Assembly (NCBI GenBank): GCA_051252135.1
Contig: JBPOGH010000008.1
Span: 1 to 64,000 of the forward strand
DNA: 64,000 nt
DNA from: Verrucomicrobiaceae bacterium
GTDB lineage: Bacteria; Verrucomicrobiota; Verrucomicrobiia; Verrucomicrobiales; Akkermansiaceae
Reading direction: 5' to 3'
Part shown: positions 50,539-60,306 of the stretch, in pieces
Layout of the letters: every line of letters begins with the position of its first letter
Numbering within the stretch: the stretch's first letter is position 1
Notes under the pieces: generated by a model
What the model was told of the DNA's origin: nothing
What the model saw: only the letters and a program-made list of their open reading frames with translations
The model's database searches: none
Position numbers and translations under genes: made by a program

Positions 50539-53500
50539 CTAGCGAGGCAGAAATGCCAGCGCCCATTCCTTATAAAAACCATCTTCCGCCCTCTCAATGT
50601 CCTGAATCAACGAATTAAAATCAATGGGACTCCACTCTTGAAATTGCCGGGCCTCATTCATTTGCGCAAAGGCGAGAGCTTCCAAAAGCCGGGGGAACCA
50701 CGACGGCACGGGTTCATCGACCGGAGCGAAGCGCGTTCGCACCACGGTGATCTCTCCCTGATCTGTGCCAATCACGACCTCTTCTCCATCAGCTGAGAGG
50801 AAGGAGCGATGAAAGTCTGAATCGTTTGTTTCTCCGTCAAGCCTGGGGTGTTTGAAGTGAGCGCTCACTGGTTCAAATGTCTCGACGTCATAGTAAGTAA
50901 AGCCCTCTTGATCGCGAGTCACGAAGGCGCGCCCGTCGCCTGTGAAGCGCACCGATTCCACAATCGATCCTTGATAGAGAGGCGCACAAAGAGGAAGCCC
51001 GGTTTCTATATCCCAGACTCGGGCGGTATGGTCGCGTGAGGCGGTTGCCAGTAACTTGCCGCCCGAATGAATCTCAAGGTGTGAGATATCGGAAAGATGC
51101 CGGATGGGAGCCAACGTCCGGGGTTTTCCGGTATGCGAATCCCACACGATCACCGAGCCATCGTCGGACCCAGTCGCGACGGTATGCCCGTCAGCGCTAA
51201 AGGCTGCCGTTCTTACCAATTTTTCGTGACCTCTGAGAGTGACTCGTTTTTCTCCGGTATCGACATTCCAGATTGCAGCCTCTTTTTCTCCAGTTCCGAG
51301 GATGAACCGTCCGGAGCTGTCAGGAGCAAACCGGATGAGCGGGGAATCTTGTTTCGAATCGATCTCACGTTCCACCTGTCCGGTTTTAACGTCATACACT
51401 TGGACCAATCCATCCATATACCCCACCAAAAGCCGGCTTCCATCAGGACTGAGGCTACCAGACGGCATAAACTCAGAACGGAAGCTGGCGGGCCAAAGTT
51501 CGCTCCCGGACCGAACATCCCACCCGTAAATTGCTCCCCGATCAGATATGGCATAGTGATGCGATTTGTCCGGGGAGCCATACTGGAGGTAGACCTCATC
51601 TTTCGTCTCTTCTTGAAATACCTTTTCGCCTGTTTCCTTGTCAAAAACAGCGAATCCGAAGGGCCCGGAAGTGGAGGTGAAAATCTGATCACCATTATGA
51701 TTGAATCCCGCCATGGGAACCCCGTCTCCCAAGCCCGTGATTCGGGTCACGGCCCCTGTGGAGATCGACTGGAAAGCCTGAACACCGGGTTGCCCCTCGG
51801 CATTTAGCGTCGAGGCTAAGAGAAAGCGCCCATCCGATGAAAGCTGCAAATCCGAACTGATCACTTTCTGCACCATCACGGTGGAGGAAAGCGAATTTCC
51901 TCGATCACCATCCCAAATCGAAATTCTCCCCAACATCCCCCGGCTCGCCAAACGTGTCCCATCGTCCGAAAAAACGAGACTGCCAATTGAGTGTAGGTTC
52001 CCAATCTCCTCCCGCGATTCGGTGCCATCTGTTAGATTGACCAATCTAATTTCACTCTCGAGATAGGAGAACGCGAGGCGGCTTCCCGTCTGATCGATAT
52101 CGAGGCGGTAGATGACTTTTCCCGGGGCCAGGTGACGGTAAATCAAACCTTGCGACGCCACATCCCAAACCTCGAGTCGCTGTCCCAAATTCGTCCTGAT
52201 CACGACCCGAGAACCATCGTCCGCAAAATGTGCCGAAGCCATGGGGCCCGAAAACAACGATTTAAACAGTACTTTTCCACTGGAAATCTCCACGAAGACA
52301 ACGCCTAAGTCGCCAAAGAACCCGACGCTTTCCCCCTCCCCGCCCAACCGAAATTTGGAGAATTGTCCACCCGGAGAAGCAACCGCCCTCCGCTTCTTCT
52401 GGTCGTCAAGCGTGAAGACTTCTACCTGATCACCGTGGCGAAACGCGAGACTCGCTCCATCAGTTGAAAATTGCGGCTCGCTCGGATGATTCGTCAACCC
52501 ATCGGCTAAGAGGTTTGTTTGATCGGCTGTAAAAGACCAAAGGATGACTTCTCCTGCCACCGTGACGACAGCGATCTCGTCACTTGTGGGAGAAACCGCG
52601 ATGCCGGGTGATGCGCCAGCCTCCAACTCAAGCCGTGCGGATTCAGCGCCAGTCATAAGATCAATTACGATGACGTCATTTTCCGCTGTAACTGTTGCCA
52701 GCCTCAATCCATCGGGAAAAAGGAGAAGCGGCTTGTCGGACTCGACCGGGATCAACCGACCAACTGGAATGGTAACGTCCTGCTGATCGACAATCGACAT
52801 GGCATACATCGCGGCCTGCCACTCGGCGGGATTTCCACGCAAGCGGCGGGCCAGAGTTGCCAGAGCAACATCAGTCCGCCCGTCTTCGAGATAATTGGTG
52901 ATTGTTCGCCACTCCAGATGCCGAATGGTTCGGGCCTGCTCCGCCCTCGCCGCTTCCGCTTTCCGCCACTGCCAGGTCACGCCGGCGAAACCCAGGAGGA
53001 AGGAAATACCAAGTGCCAGCACCAGCCCGGCTAGGACAGGCTCGCGCTTAGCCCAGCGCCAAAGTTTTCCGGCACGGGAAATCGGACTAGCGAGAATGGG
53101 ATCGCCCTTGACCACGCGCTCCAAGTCTTCCGAAAAAAGAGAGGCCGAGGAATAGCGCTTCCCGGGCGATTTATCGAGGCACTTGAAACAGACCGTCGCA
53201 AGATCCCTGGAGACCCCGGTGAGCTTAGGCGCTTCGGACTCGATGACGGCCCGCGCCGTCGCAATCGGCGAACTTTCACTGAACGGTGGCTTGCCCCTCA
53301 ATAACTCGTATAAAACCGCGCCCAACCCATAGACATCGGTGGCGACGGTAATATCGGCATGACGTCCCTCTGCTTGCTCCGGCGACATGTAACTCGGACT
53401 CCCCAGTACTGCCTTCGAAAGAGTGAGTCCACTCGCCTCCTCGTCATCGAAAAACTTCGCGAGCCCAAAATCCGTCACTTGCGGATCGCCATCCTCATCG

Positions 53501-54048
53501 ATGAGGATATTGGACGGCTTCAGATCCCGATGCAGAATCCCTCGCTCATGGGCAAAGGCAATCGCGCGCGCCACCCGGACCACCATGTGAGCGATTAATT
53601 TCTCTCGCTTTTGTGGGACCAAATTTCTCGCCCAGTCCGCGATGTTTCGTCCGCCTTCGATCAGGCGCATTGTGAAATAGTATTGCGCCTCGCACTCTCC
53701 GGTCTCGAAAACGGGGACGATATTGGGATGATGAAGTTTGGCCGCCGCCTCGGCCTCGGTCCGAAACCGCTGCACTGCATCAGGCCCAGCTAGTTGACCC
53801 GCAACGATCATTTTCAACGCCACCTCCCGTTTCAGATCTTTTTGAAATGCCCGATAAACCACACCCATCCCGCCTCGGGCGAGTTCCTCCAACAGCTCGT
53901 ATTTTCCAAAAGATCCCAAAACCTCCGGCAGATCCGCCCCATCAAGATCATTAGTGCCAAAGAGGCAGACCGCGCAGAGACCATCGATCAATTCCCCATC
54001 GCAAATCCCGCAAGAGGAAGCCGATTCGATGCCGGTCGCGTTGTCCAT
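50539..54048 (-). CDS. Hanks-type Ser/Thr protein kinase with TM helix and WD40 repeats
   Basis: ARGGMGVVY, VALK, HRDLKPSN, DFG, GSPSYMSPEQ and DVYGLG motifs; TM helix; GH…ATGSDDGSVIVWD repeats. Confidence 0.95.
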   Translation of the reverse strand: MDNATGIESASSCGICDGELIDGLCAVCLFGTNDLDGADLPEVLGSFGKYELLEELARGGMGVVYRAFQKDLKREVALKMIVAGQLAGPDAVQRFRTEAEAAAKLHHPNIVPVFETGECEAQYYFTMRLIEGGRNIADWARNLVPQKREKLIAHMVVRVARAIAFAHERGILHRDLKPSNILIDEDGDPQVTDFGLAKFFDDEEASGLTLSKAVLGSPSYMSPEQAEGRHADITVATDVYGLGAVLYELLRGKPPFSESSPIATARAVIESEAPKLTGVSRDLATVCFKCLDKSPGKRYSSASLFSEDLERVVKGDPILASPISRAGKLWRWAKREPVLAGLVLALGISFLLGFAGVTWQWRKAEAARAEQARTIRHLEWRTITNYLEDGRTDVALATLARRLRGNPAEWQAAMYAMSIVDQQDVTIPVGRLIPVESDKPLLLFPDGLRLATVTAENDVIVIDLMTGAESARLELEAGASPGIAVSPTSDEIAVVTVAGEVILWSFTADQTNLLADGLTNHPSEPQFSTDGASLAFRHGDQVEVFTLDDQKKRRAVASPGGQFSKFRLGGEGESVGFFGDLGVVFVEISSGKVLFKSLFSGPMASAHFADDGSRVVIRTNLGQRLEVWDVASQGLIYRHLAPGKVIYRLDIDQTGSRLAFSYLESEIRLVNLTDGTESREEIGNLHSIGSLVFSDDGTRLASRGMLGRISIWDGDRGNSLSSTVMVQKVISSDLQLSSDGRFLLASTLNAEGQPGVQAFQSISTGAVTRITGLGDGVPMAGFNHNGDQIFTSTSGPFGFAVFDKETGEKVFQEETKDEVYLQYGSPDKSHHYAISDRGAIYGWDVRSGSELWPASFRSEFMPSGSLSPDGSRLLVGYMDGLVQVYDVKTGQVEREIDSKQDSPLIRFAPDSSGRFILGTGEKEAAIWNVDTGEKRVTLRGHEKLVRTAAFSADGHTVATGSDDGSVIVWDSHTGKPRTLAPIRHLSDISHLEIHSGGKLLATASRDHTARVWDIETGLPLCAPLYQGSIVESVRFTGDGRAFVTRDQEGFTYYDVETFEPVSAHFKHPRLDGETNDSDFHRSFLSADGEEVVIGTDQGEITVVRTRFAPVDEPVPSWFPRLLEALAFAQMNEARQFQEWSPIDFNSLIQDIERAEDGFYKEWALAFLPR

Positions 54049-54117
54049 GATTCCTAATCATTCCTTTCCCGAAAACAGGAAATTATTACAAAGTATTTTC
54101 CAAAAGCTCCCCAATTT

Positions 54118-54891
54118 TCACGCTATCGGTTCGGTGCCCTGAGTTCCCGCGCTGAACAGACTCCTAAGATAAGCCATCTCCACTTCCAACTCATCCTCGT
54201 CTCCAACAGTATCTGAGACCTCGTCCCGGAGGATCTCCCGAAAGCGCCGACGCATCCGGTAGATGGAAACCCCCACTCCGCTCACGCTCATCCCGAGACG
54301 TTCCGCGATCTCGATATTGCTATGTTGGTCCGCCGCCGAGCCAGTCAGCAACGGCTCGAGGAAGGTGAACAACTCGCTCCGGTCAGCGAGATTGTATTCC
54401 TCACGCAAGCGAGTCACGGAATGTCTGAGAATAGCTGCGGCCCACATCCGGTCAAACTCGATATCCGGGCTGAGATCGGTTTGAGGCTGTGCTTCAAAAC
54501 GTTCTTCCGTCAATTCTTCGAGGGAAGAAATACGGAAGCTCCCACCACGTTTTTGAGTTTGTGATTTGCGGTAATCCTTCTTGAGGAAGTTTCTAAAAAC
54601 ACCCAGCAGGTAGGATCGAAAAGATCCCCGTTGAGAGTCCGCCCTCGCGAGAAGGTCCTGATTGACCACCATCACTAAAAAATCCTGCACGTGGTCCTGT
54701 GCCGCCTGATGGTCCGTCCCACATCGCCGCGCGAAAACATAAAGGGGATACCAGAAGCTCTCACAAAACATCGCATTTCCTCGATCACGCTCGCCTTCTT
54801 GATCTGACTTTGCCAACCGGACCATCGACCAACACGCAGACGACGAGGCCCCGCCGTTTCGCGAAAATGAAGAAGAAGGAGGAGGTTCCAC
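54118..54891 (-). CDS. ECF sigma-70 factor of the PVC kinase-associated type
   Basis: WSMV, FWYPLYVFARR, AQDHVQDF, RGSFRSYL, QKRGG, FDRMWA and the region-4 HTH IAERLGMS…YRMRRRF. Probable GTG start at 54891. Confidence 0.88.
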   Translation of the reverse strand: MEPPPSSSFSRNGGASSSACWSMVRLAKSDQEGERDRGNAMFCESFWYPLYVFARRCGTDHQAAQDHVQDFLVMVVNQDLLARADSQRGSFRSYLLGVFRNFLKKDYRKSQTQKRGGSFRISSLEELTEERFEAQPQTDLSPDIEFDRMWAAAILRHSVTRLREEYNLADRSELFTFLEPLLTGSAADQHSNIEIAERLGMSVSGVGVSIYRMRRRFREILRDEVSDTVGDEDELEVEMAYLRSLFSAGTQGTEPIA

Positions 54892-54994
54892 TGCCTCATG
54901 TCTATGGAAAAGCTCTCCTGTCGGAAAGACTATTGAGAGAAAGTCAGCAAGCCTCAGCAATGAGGGGAAACCGGAGAAGGTGAAATTCAACCAG

Positions 54995-55262
54995 CTCCCC
55001 TGGACCGGGGCTCTCCTCTCCAAAATCAATGACGGGACCATCTCCCGCACCGACCTCACCCCCTTCCCCGCCCGCCAAATCCTCGCCCTTAAAGACAACA
55101 AACTCTCCGCCCGCCTTCAAGAAATCTGGGGCGACCTTCGCCAAACCGACGAAGCTAAAAAGAAACGCATCGCCGGCCTCCTCAACGCCCTCACCCCCAA
55201 ACCAAACCCGCGTCCTCATCGCCTACCTCATGCACCCTCAACAGGTGCCGATGAAGAAGTAA
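54995..55262 (+). pseudogene. Decayed 3' fragment paralogous to the 41837-44809 gene
   Basis: PWTGALL…LTPFPARQILALKDNKLSARLQEIWGDLRQTDEAKKKRI is joined directly to GLLNALTP/frameshift/NQTRVLIAYLMHPQQVPMKK*. The haem domain is deleted. Confidence 0.85.
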
Positions 55263-55309
55263 GACCAAGTTTGCATTCGCCTGGGGAAAACCCACACACA
55301 AAATAATTC

Positions 55310-55341
55310 TTGCACAGGTGTCCTAGTTGACCTAATACACC
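55310..55341 (+). promoter_or_regulatory. Sigma-70 promoter overlapped by a YtrA-type operator palindrome
   Basis: TTGCAC-17 bp-TAATAC (55310-55338); imperfect palindrome GGTGTCCTAGTTGACCTAATACACC (55317-55341) upstream of the GntR gene. Confidence 0.7.
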
Positions 55342-55373
55342 TAACACACCGGACGAAACACCACTCTCCCCGC

Positions 55374-55766
55374 ATGAGCGACCTCCCCTTCCAGATCAAC
55401 ATCACCCCCGGCAGCCCGGCCTACGAGCAGGTCATCCAGGCTGTCCACCGCGCCCTCGCGTCCGACCTCCTCAAGCCCAACGACCCCTTCCCCTCCGTCC
55501 GCGCCCTTTCCAAAGCAGTCCGCATCAACCCCAACACCGCCCACAAAGTGATCCAACATCTCGTCAACGAAGGCACCCTCGTCGTCCTCCCCGGTCGCGG
55601 CACCCTCGTCGCCGACACCGAAACCCTCCCTCTCACTCTCCGGCTCGAACAAATCCGCCGCCAACTCGACCAACTCGCCATCGAAGCCTCCCGCCTCGGA
55701 TTCACCGAAAAAGAACTCCTCACCGCCCTCAAAGACACCTGGAAGAACATCCAGAAAAATTCCTAG
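55374..55766 (+). CDS. GntR-family regulator, YtrA subfamily
   Basis: PAYEQV, PSVRALS…INPNTAHK…GRGTLV, short C-terminal helices; first gene of an ABC operon. Confidence 0.9.
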   Translation: MSDLPFQINITPGSPAYEQVIQAVHRALASDLLKPNDPFPSVRALSKAVRINPNTAHKVIQHLVNEGTLVVLPGRGTLVADTETLPLTLRLEQIRRQLDQLAIEASRLGFTEKELLTALKDTWKNIQKNS

Positions 55767-55779
55767 CCCACTTCACCCC

Positions 55780-56700
55780 ATGAACACCATCGACGTCCAA
55801 AAACTCCGCATGAACTTCGGCTCCTTCGCCGCCGTCAGCGATCTCTCCCTCACCGTCCCCACCGGCACCGCCATGGCCCTCCTGGGCGAAAACGGAGCCG
55901 GCAAGACCACCACCCTCCGCATCCTCGCCGGCATCTACCAGGCCACCTCCGGCACCGGCACCATTCTCGATACCCCCCTTGGCTCCCTCGATACCCCCCA
56001 GTTCCAGCGCATCGGACACGTCTCCGAAAACCAACACCTCCCCCTCCACTGGACCCTCCAACAACTCATCGACTACCTCAAACCCCTCTACCCGAATTGG
56101 GACGACGCCTTCTGCGAAGAGCTCATCGAAAACTTCGAACTCCCCCGCGATCGCAAGCTCGGAGCCATGTCCCGCGGCATGCAAATGAAGGCCTCTCTCG
56201 TTTCCTCCCTCGCCTACCGCCCCGACCTCCTCCTCCTCGACGAACCCTTCAGCGGCCTCGACCCCCTCGTCCGTGAAGAACTCATCGATGGCATCCTCGA
56301 GCTCATGCAGGGCGGCGATTGGACCATCCTCCTCTCCTCCCATGACATCAACGAGGTCGAGCGCCTCTGCGACTCCGTCACCCTCATCCGTGATGGAAAA
56401 ATCGACCTCTCCGAAGACCTCGATCACCTCCAGGAGCGCTTCCGCCGCTGGACCATTCACAACGCCACCTCACCCGACAGTCCATTCCCCCCCGAGTGGA
56501 TCCAAATCGAACAACTCTCGGACACCTCGTGGACCTTCACCGATACCCAACACCACCCCGAACAATCCCCGCAAAAAATCGCCACCCTCTTCGGCACCAC
56601 CGCCAACTCGGAAGCCACCTCACTCTCCCTCCGGGACATCTACCTAACCATCGCCAGACAACAGAAAAAGACCCGTCTCGCCCAAAAGAAATCCGCCTAA
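55780..56700 (+). CDS. ABC transporter ATP-binding protein (YtrB-like)
   Basis: GENGAGKTT, MSRGM, LLLLDEPFSGLDP and SSH motifs. Confidence 0.92.
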   Translation: MNTIDVQKLRMNFGSFAAVSDLSLTVPTGTAMALLGENGAGKTTTLRILAGIYQATSGTGTILDTPLGSLDTPQFQRIGHVSENQHLPLHWTLQQLIDYLKPLYPNWDDAFCEELIENFELPRDRKLGAMSRGMQMKASLVSSLAYRPDLLLLDEPFSGLDPLVREELIDGILELMQGGDWTILLSSHDINEVERLCDSVTLIRDGKIDLSEDLDHLQERFRRWTIHNATSPDSPFPPEWIQIEQLSDTSWTFTDTQHHPEQSPQKIATLFGTTANSEATSLSLRDIYLTIARQQKKTRLAQKKSA

Positions 56701-56719
56701 CCCCCACCCCTACAAAGCC

Positions 56720-58393
56720 ATGTTCCTTCACCGCCTTAAGCTCGAATTCCGCGAGAACCGCATCCACCTCATCCTCTGGATCCTCACCCTCGCCGGACTC
56801 ACCTGCGCCGCCCTCTCCTTCTGGAATGGCGACCTAAAAATCAACCCCGCCACCGGTCGCTTCTCAAACGGTTTCTCCGGACTCCTCGGACTCCTCATCG
56901 TCCCGCTCATCCTCCTCCCCTTCGTCACCACCATCACCACCTTCCGCCAGGACAATCTCAAAGATCCGCGCGCCTTCTGGAGCACCCGCCCCGTCCGTCC
57001 CGCCACCCTGCACACCGCCAAGTTTGCCTTCCTCCACCTCATCTTCACCCTCCCCCTCGCCCTCTGCACCTTCGCCATTTGCCTCAATGCCCTAAGCACC
57101 GGCACCGCCCTCATCTTCACTGCCGAGGCCGTCCTCTGGTGCGCCGCGAGCATCCACCTCTCCGCCCTCGCTTCCCTCCACAACCACCGCTGGTCCCACC
57201 TCCTCCTCATCCCCGGCCTGGGCATTCTCGGACTCGCCACCGCCGCCATCATCTACTCAAAAATCACCTTCTACCAACCTTCCGGCAACCACCAGGGACA
57301 GTTCGCCGGCAACCTCCTCTTCACCCTCACCGTCCTCCTCATCCTCTTCACCATCGCCGGATTTTCCCTCATCAAAAAACCACATCTCAAATTCCCCCTC
57401 TGGGCACCCGTCCTCGTCGGCTCCCTCAGCTTCCCCCTCCTCTCCGCCTCCTGGCTCCCGCCCCTCAGTGACGCCACCCAAACCGTGACCTACCAAAACC
57501 CGGAAACCATCACCCGCTTCACCACCGCCACCTCCCGTCACAACCAACAACACCTCTACCTCCTCAACTTCCCCCTCGATAACCTCCTCCACGACTCCGA
57601 TCGCCACCCCATCGAACTGCTTTCCCATAAGTTCACCATCGAGTCCGATACCCTCTCTCTTCCCGGAGCAAGAATCCGCATCAGGGAATGGAACAGTGGA
57701 ATCGAAAACGTCTCCGACGGTCAAAATCTCGAATCCCTCGCCCAAAATCGCTCAACCGATCGCCCCTACAACATCACCATCACCATCGAAATCCCCCACG
57801 AGCGCAGCATCGACTTCACTCCCATCTACGACGACCTCCCGCGGGTAAACACCATCGTCAAGGGTGAGCTCGAACTCATCACCGTATCATTGGATGACGC
57901 CTTCATCATCGACCCCGATCAGAAATTCGAAACCCAAACCCTCGGCACCAAGTTCACCTATCTCCCCTCCACTAGAAAAGATCGCCCTCACTCCATGCTC
58001 ACCAGGAGATTCGCCCTCCCCCTTGCCAGCTCCTCGGTGATGCACCCACTCCGCCGCTCACAAGAGCCACTCGTCATCCTCCGCCACCGCGAAACCGGCC
58101 AATGGTTCCGCGCCACCGATGGTAGCAGCATGTCACAATCCGGAATGTTCGGACGCACCACCATCGACGAACTCCAATACCTCGAGGACACCACCATGGT
58201 CAGCCACTACTGGAAACACCGCCTCCAACGCGAGTTCCCCGACTTCCCCGACTTCGGGGAATGGCAAAAAAACGCCGAAACCCTCATCCTCCCGCCCCAC
58301 CTCTTCCAGACCTTCAAAGTCCCCTTCGAAGTCACCCTCGCCGTCCCCGATCTCACCCTCTTTCAACAGCGCCTCAACGAACCCTCGAACTAA
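56720..58393 (+). CDS. Membrane protein, probable ABC-2-type permease with large soluble C-terminal domain
   Basis: About seven TM helices, AFWSTRPV…AK motif; operon context. Confidence 0.75.
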   Translation: MFLHRLKLEFRENRIHLILWILTLAGLTCAALSFWNGDLKINPATGRFSNGFSGLLGLLIVPLILLPFVTTITTFRQDNLKDPRAFWSTRPVRPATLHTAKFAFLHLIFTLPLALCTFAICLNALSTGTALIFTAEAVLWCAASIHLSALASLHNHRWSHLLLIPGLGILGLATAAIIYSKITFYQPSGNHQGQFAGNLLFTLTVLLILFTIAGFSLIKKPHLKFPLWAPVLVGSLSFPLLSASWLPPLSDATQTVTYQNPETITRFTTATSRHNQQHLYLLNFPLDNLLHDSDRHPIELLSHKFTIESDTLSLPGARIRIREWNSGIENVSDGQNLESLAQNRSTDRPYNITITIEIPHERSIDFTPIYDDLPRVNTIVKGELELITVSLDDAFIIDPDQKFETQTLGTKFTYLPSTRKDRPHSMLTRRFALPLASSSVMHPLRRSQEPLVILRHRETGQWFRATDGSSMSQSGMFGRTTIDELQYLEDTTMVSHYWKHRLQREFPDFPDFGEWQKNAETLILPPHLFQTFKVPFEVTLAVPDLTLFQQRLNEPSN

Positions 58394-58414
58394 ACGCCGC
58401 CCCAACCCGGGGCT

Positions 58415-59101
58415 CTAACCCCCAAACGGATCCGCCGAGACCTTCTTCTCCCCCATCTCCTTTACCGCCAGATTGCGATACCACACCTCATCACTGTGAT
58501 CCTGCAACATCAGCCGGCCCTTCAAGTTCTCCGCAAAGCCCTCCGTCTTCTTAAACTTCGATTCCCCCACCAGCTTCTTCCACTCGTCTGAACCCACCGT
58601 CAGATCGATCACTTTCTCCCCGTTCAGGAAATGCTGCAAATGGTGACCCTTCACCACAATCCGTGACTGGTTCCACTCGCCCACCGGCTTGAGCTTCTTC
58701 TTCTCCGCATCCGCCGGCAAAATGTCATAAAGTGATGCCGTCTGACGATTCGGCCCCACCTTCCCGTCAGGATGCTTATCATCATCCAGCACCTGATACT
58801 CAGGCCCTAGCAACTGCTTCCCGTAACGCGTCACCCGATACTTCACCCCGCTGTTCCCCTTCTCGGAAATCTTCCACTCAAAGCGGAACTCAAAATCACC
58901 ATACTCCTTCTCCGAATAAATGCTTCCGCCCTTCCCCTTCAAATGAAGCACCCCGTCCTCCGCAATCCAGCCCCCCTCTTCCAACGCCTTACCACCCCCA
59001 TTCGTCCACCCCTTCAGCGTCTCCCCGTCAAAAATCGAAACCCACTCCCCGCCAAAGGAAACACCCGCACACAACACCGACACCATCAGAAATTTTCTCA
59101 T
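58415..59101 (-). CDS. DUF1080 (3-keto-disaccharide hydrolase-like) protein
   Basis: IFDGETLKGW, YGDFE, GNSGVKY, EYQVLDD, GEWN and LQDH…YRN motifs. Confidence 0.9.
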   Translation of the reverse strand: MRKFLMVSVLCAGVSFGGEWVSIFDGETLKGWTNGGGKALEEGGWIAEDGVLHLKGKGGSIYSEKEYGDFEFRFEWKISEKGNSGVKYRVTRYGKQLLGPEYQVLDDDKHPDGKVGPNRQTASLYDILPADAEKKKLKPVGEWNQSRIVVKGHHLQHFLNGEKVIDLTVGSDEWKKLVGESKFKKTEGFAENLKGRLMLQDHSDEVWYRNLAVKEMGEKKVSADPFGG

Positions 59102-59206
59102 AACAAAAAGGTCACCTCATTTTACCCAAATGAAAATCAAATCTTTCAACCTCCCCTCATTGCCGCCGCCCCATCATCTTGCTATAAACCACTCTACCCT
59201 CCTCAC

Positions 59207-59767
59207 ATGCCCGTCGATCCCTACGCCCCGCCAACCGCCCCGTCCGGCGCCCCCCACCAAATCAAAATCAAAGGCGCCTACCTCACCGACGGAAAAGCCC
59301 ACCCTCTCAGCTGCGCCAATGGTGAACTCGACACCCACGCCGGAGTCCTCCGCACCGGATACGTCCCCAAGTGGTGCCTCCCCGCCGCCTTCTGGATCTT
59401 CGTCCTCTTCACCCTCATCCTCACCGTCATCCTATCAATCCCCCTCGGCGTCCTCGGTCCCCTTCTCTACATCGGCACTTACAGCATCCTCTGCGCCCTA
59501 AAAACCCGCCCCATCGAATTCAACCTCAACGAGGAACTCCTCCACATCGATAAGAAAAACCGCCTCGTCGGATTCCGAAAATCGCAGAAAGGCCAAAACA
59601 GATTCCTCGGCTTCTCACTCCGACAGGAAAACTTCGATTCCATCATCTCCCACTTCCCCCGCACCACCGAAACACCCCTCCGCAAAGGATTCAAAATCCA
59701 CTACCATCTCCTCGTCATCTTCATTTGGTTCATCTCATTCGGGATCGCCATGATGATCCACGGATAA
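59207..59767 (+). CDS. Hypothetical membrane protein
   Basis: Starts with the DPYAPP motif common in PVC membrane proteins; three hydrophobic segments. Confidence 0.7.
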   Translation: MPVDPYAPPTAPSGAPHQIKIKGAYLTDGKAHPLSCANGELDTHAGVLRTGYVPKWCLPAAFWIFVLFTLILTVILSIPLGVLGPLLYIGTYSILCALKTRPIEFNLNEELLHIDKKNRLVGFRKSQKGQNRFLGFSLRQENFDSIISHFPRTTETPLRKGFKIHYHLLVIFIWFISFGIAMMIHG

Positions 59768-59776
59768 AAAAACATC

Positions 59777-60304
59777 ATGAAAACCACCCTCCTCACCGCT
59801 CTAACAGTTCTCCTCCTCTCGAATCCCGCATTCGCCAACCCCACCTCCTTCTACTCCACCACCGCCCAAAAGTTCGTCGCCGTCCTCTCCGATTCCGCCC
59901 TCGAAAATGAACCGGAGATCGACCACTTCGAGCACCTCTGCCCCGGCTACGGCGGCTACGAACTCCTCTTCCACGGCGGCGACCTCCGCAGCTGGATCGA
60001 CATCCGCTACCAGGGCACCACCAGCGACCTCTTCGGCGACTCCATGAACGCCGCCAACGGACTCTTCGCCTACAAGGAAAACGACGTCGTCGAATGGCGC
60101 GGCACCCTCAAGGAAAAGGTCTTCACCCCCTACGCCATCATCTACCGCATGCGCGCCCAGGACATTGAGGACGACAAAAAAACCCACTCCCGCCTCATCG
60201 TCGTCGCCCTCAACAAAGGCAACGCCAAAGTCCTCGGCTCCTTCGAAGGAAAGGACGCCGATGCCAAAGCCAAAAAGCTCGCCGACACCAAGGCCGGAGG
60301 CTGA
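59777..60304 (+). CDS. Hypothetical secreted protein
   Basis: Signal peptide; CPGYGGY…GDLR…VEWR…PYAIIYR; host-like codon usage. Confidence 0.75.
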   Translation: MKTTLLTALTVLLLSNPAFANPTSFYSTTAQKFVAVLSDSALENEPEIDHFEHLCPGYGGYELLFHGGDLRSWIDIRYQGTTSDLFGDSMNAANGLFAYKENDVVEWRGTLKEKVFTPYAIIYRMRAQDIEDDKKTHSRLIVVALNKGNAKVLGSFEGKDADAKAKKLADTKAGG

Positions 60305-60306
60305 AC

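Larger units (their letters stand above)
45250..54990. mobile_element. Putative genomic island (~9.7 kb, five co-oriented genes)
   Basis: Abrupt loss of the C skew; bounded by a truncated tnpA on the left and a gene remnant on the right. No integrase is present. Confidence 0.6.
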
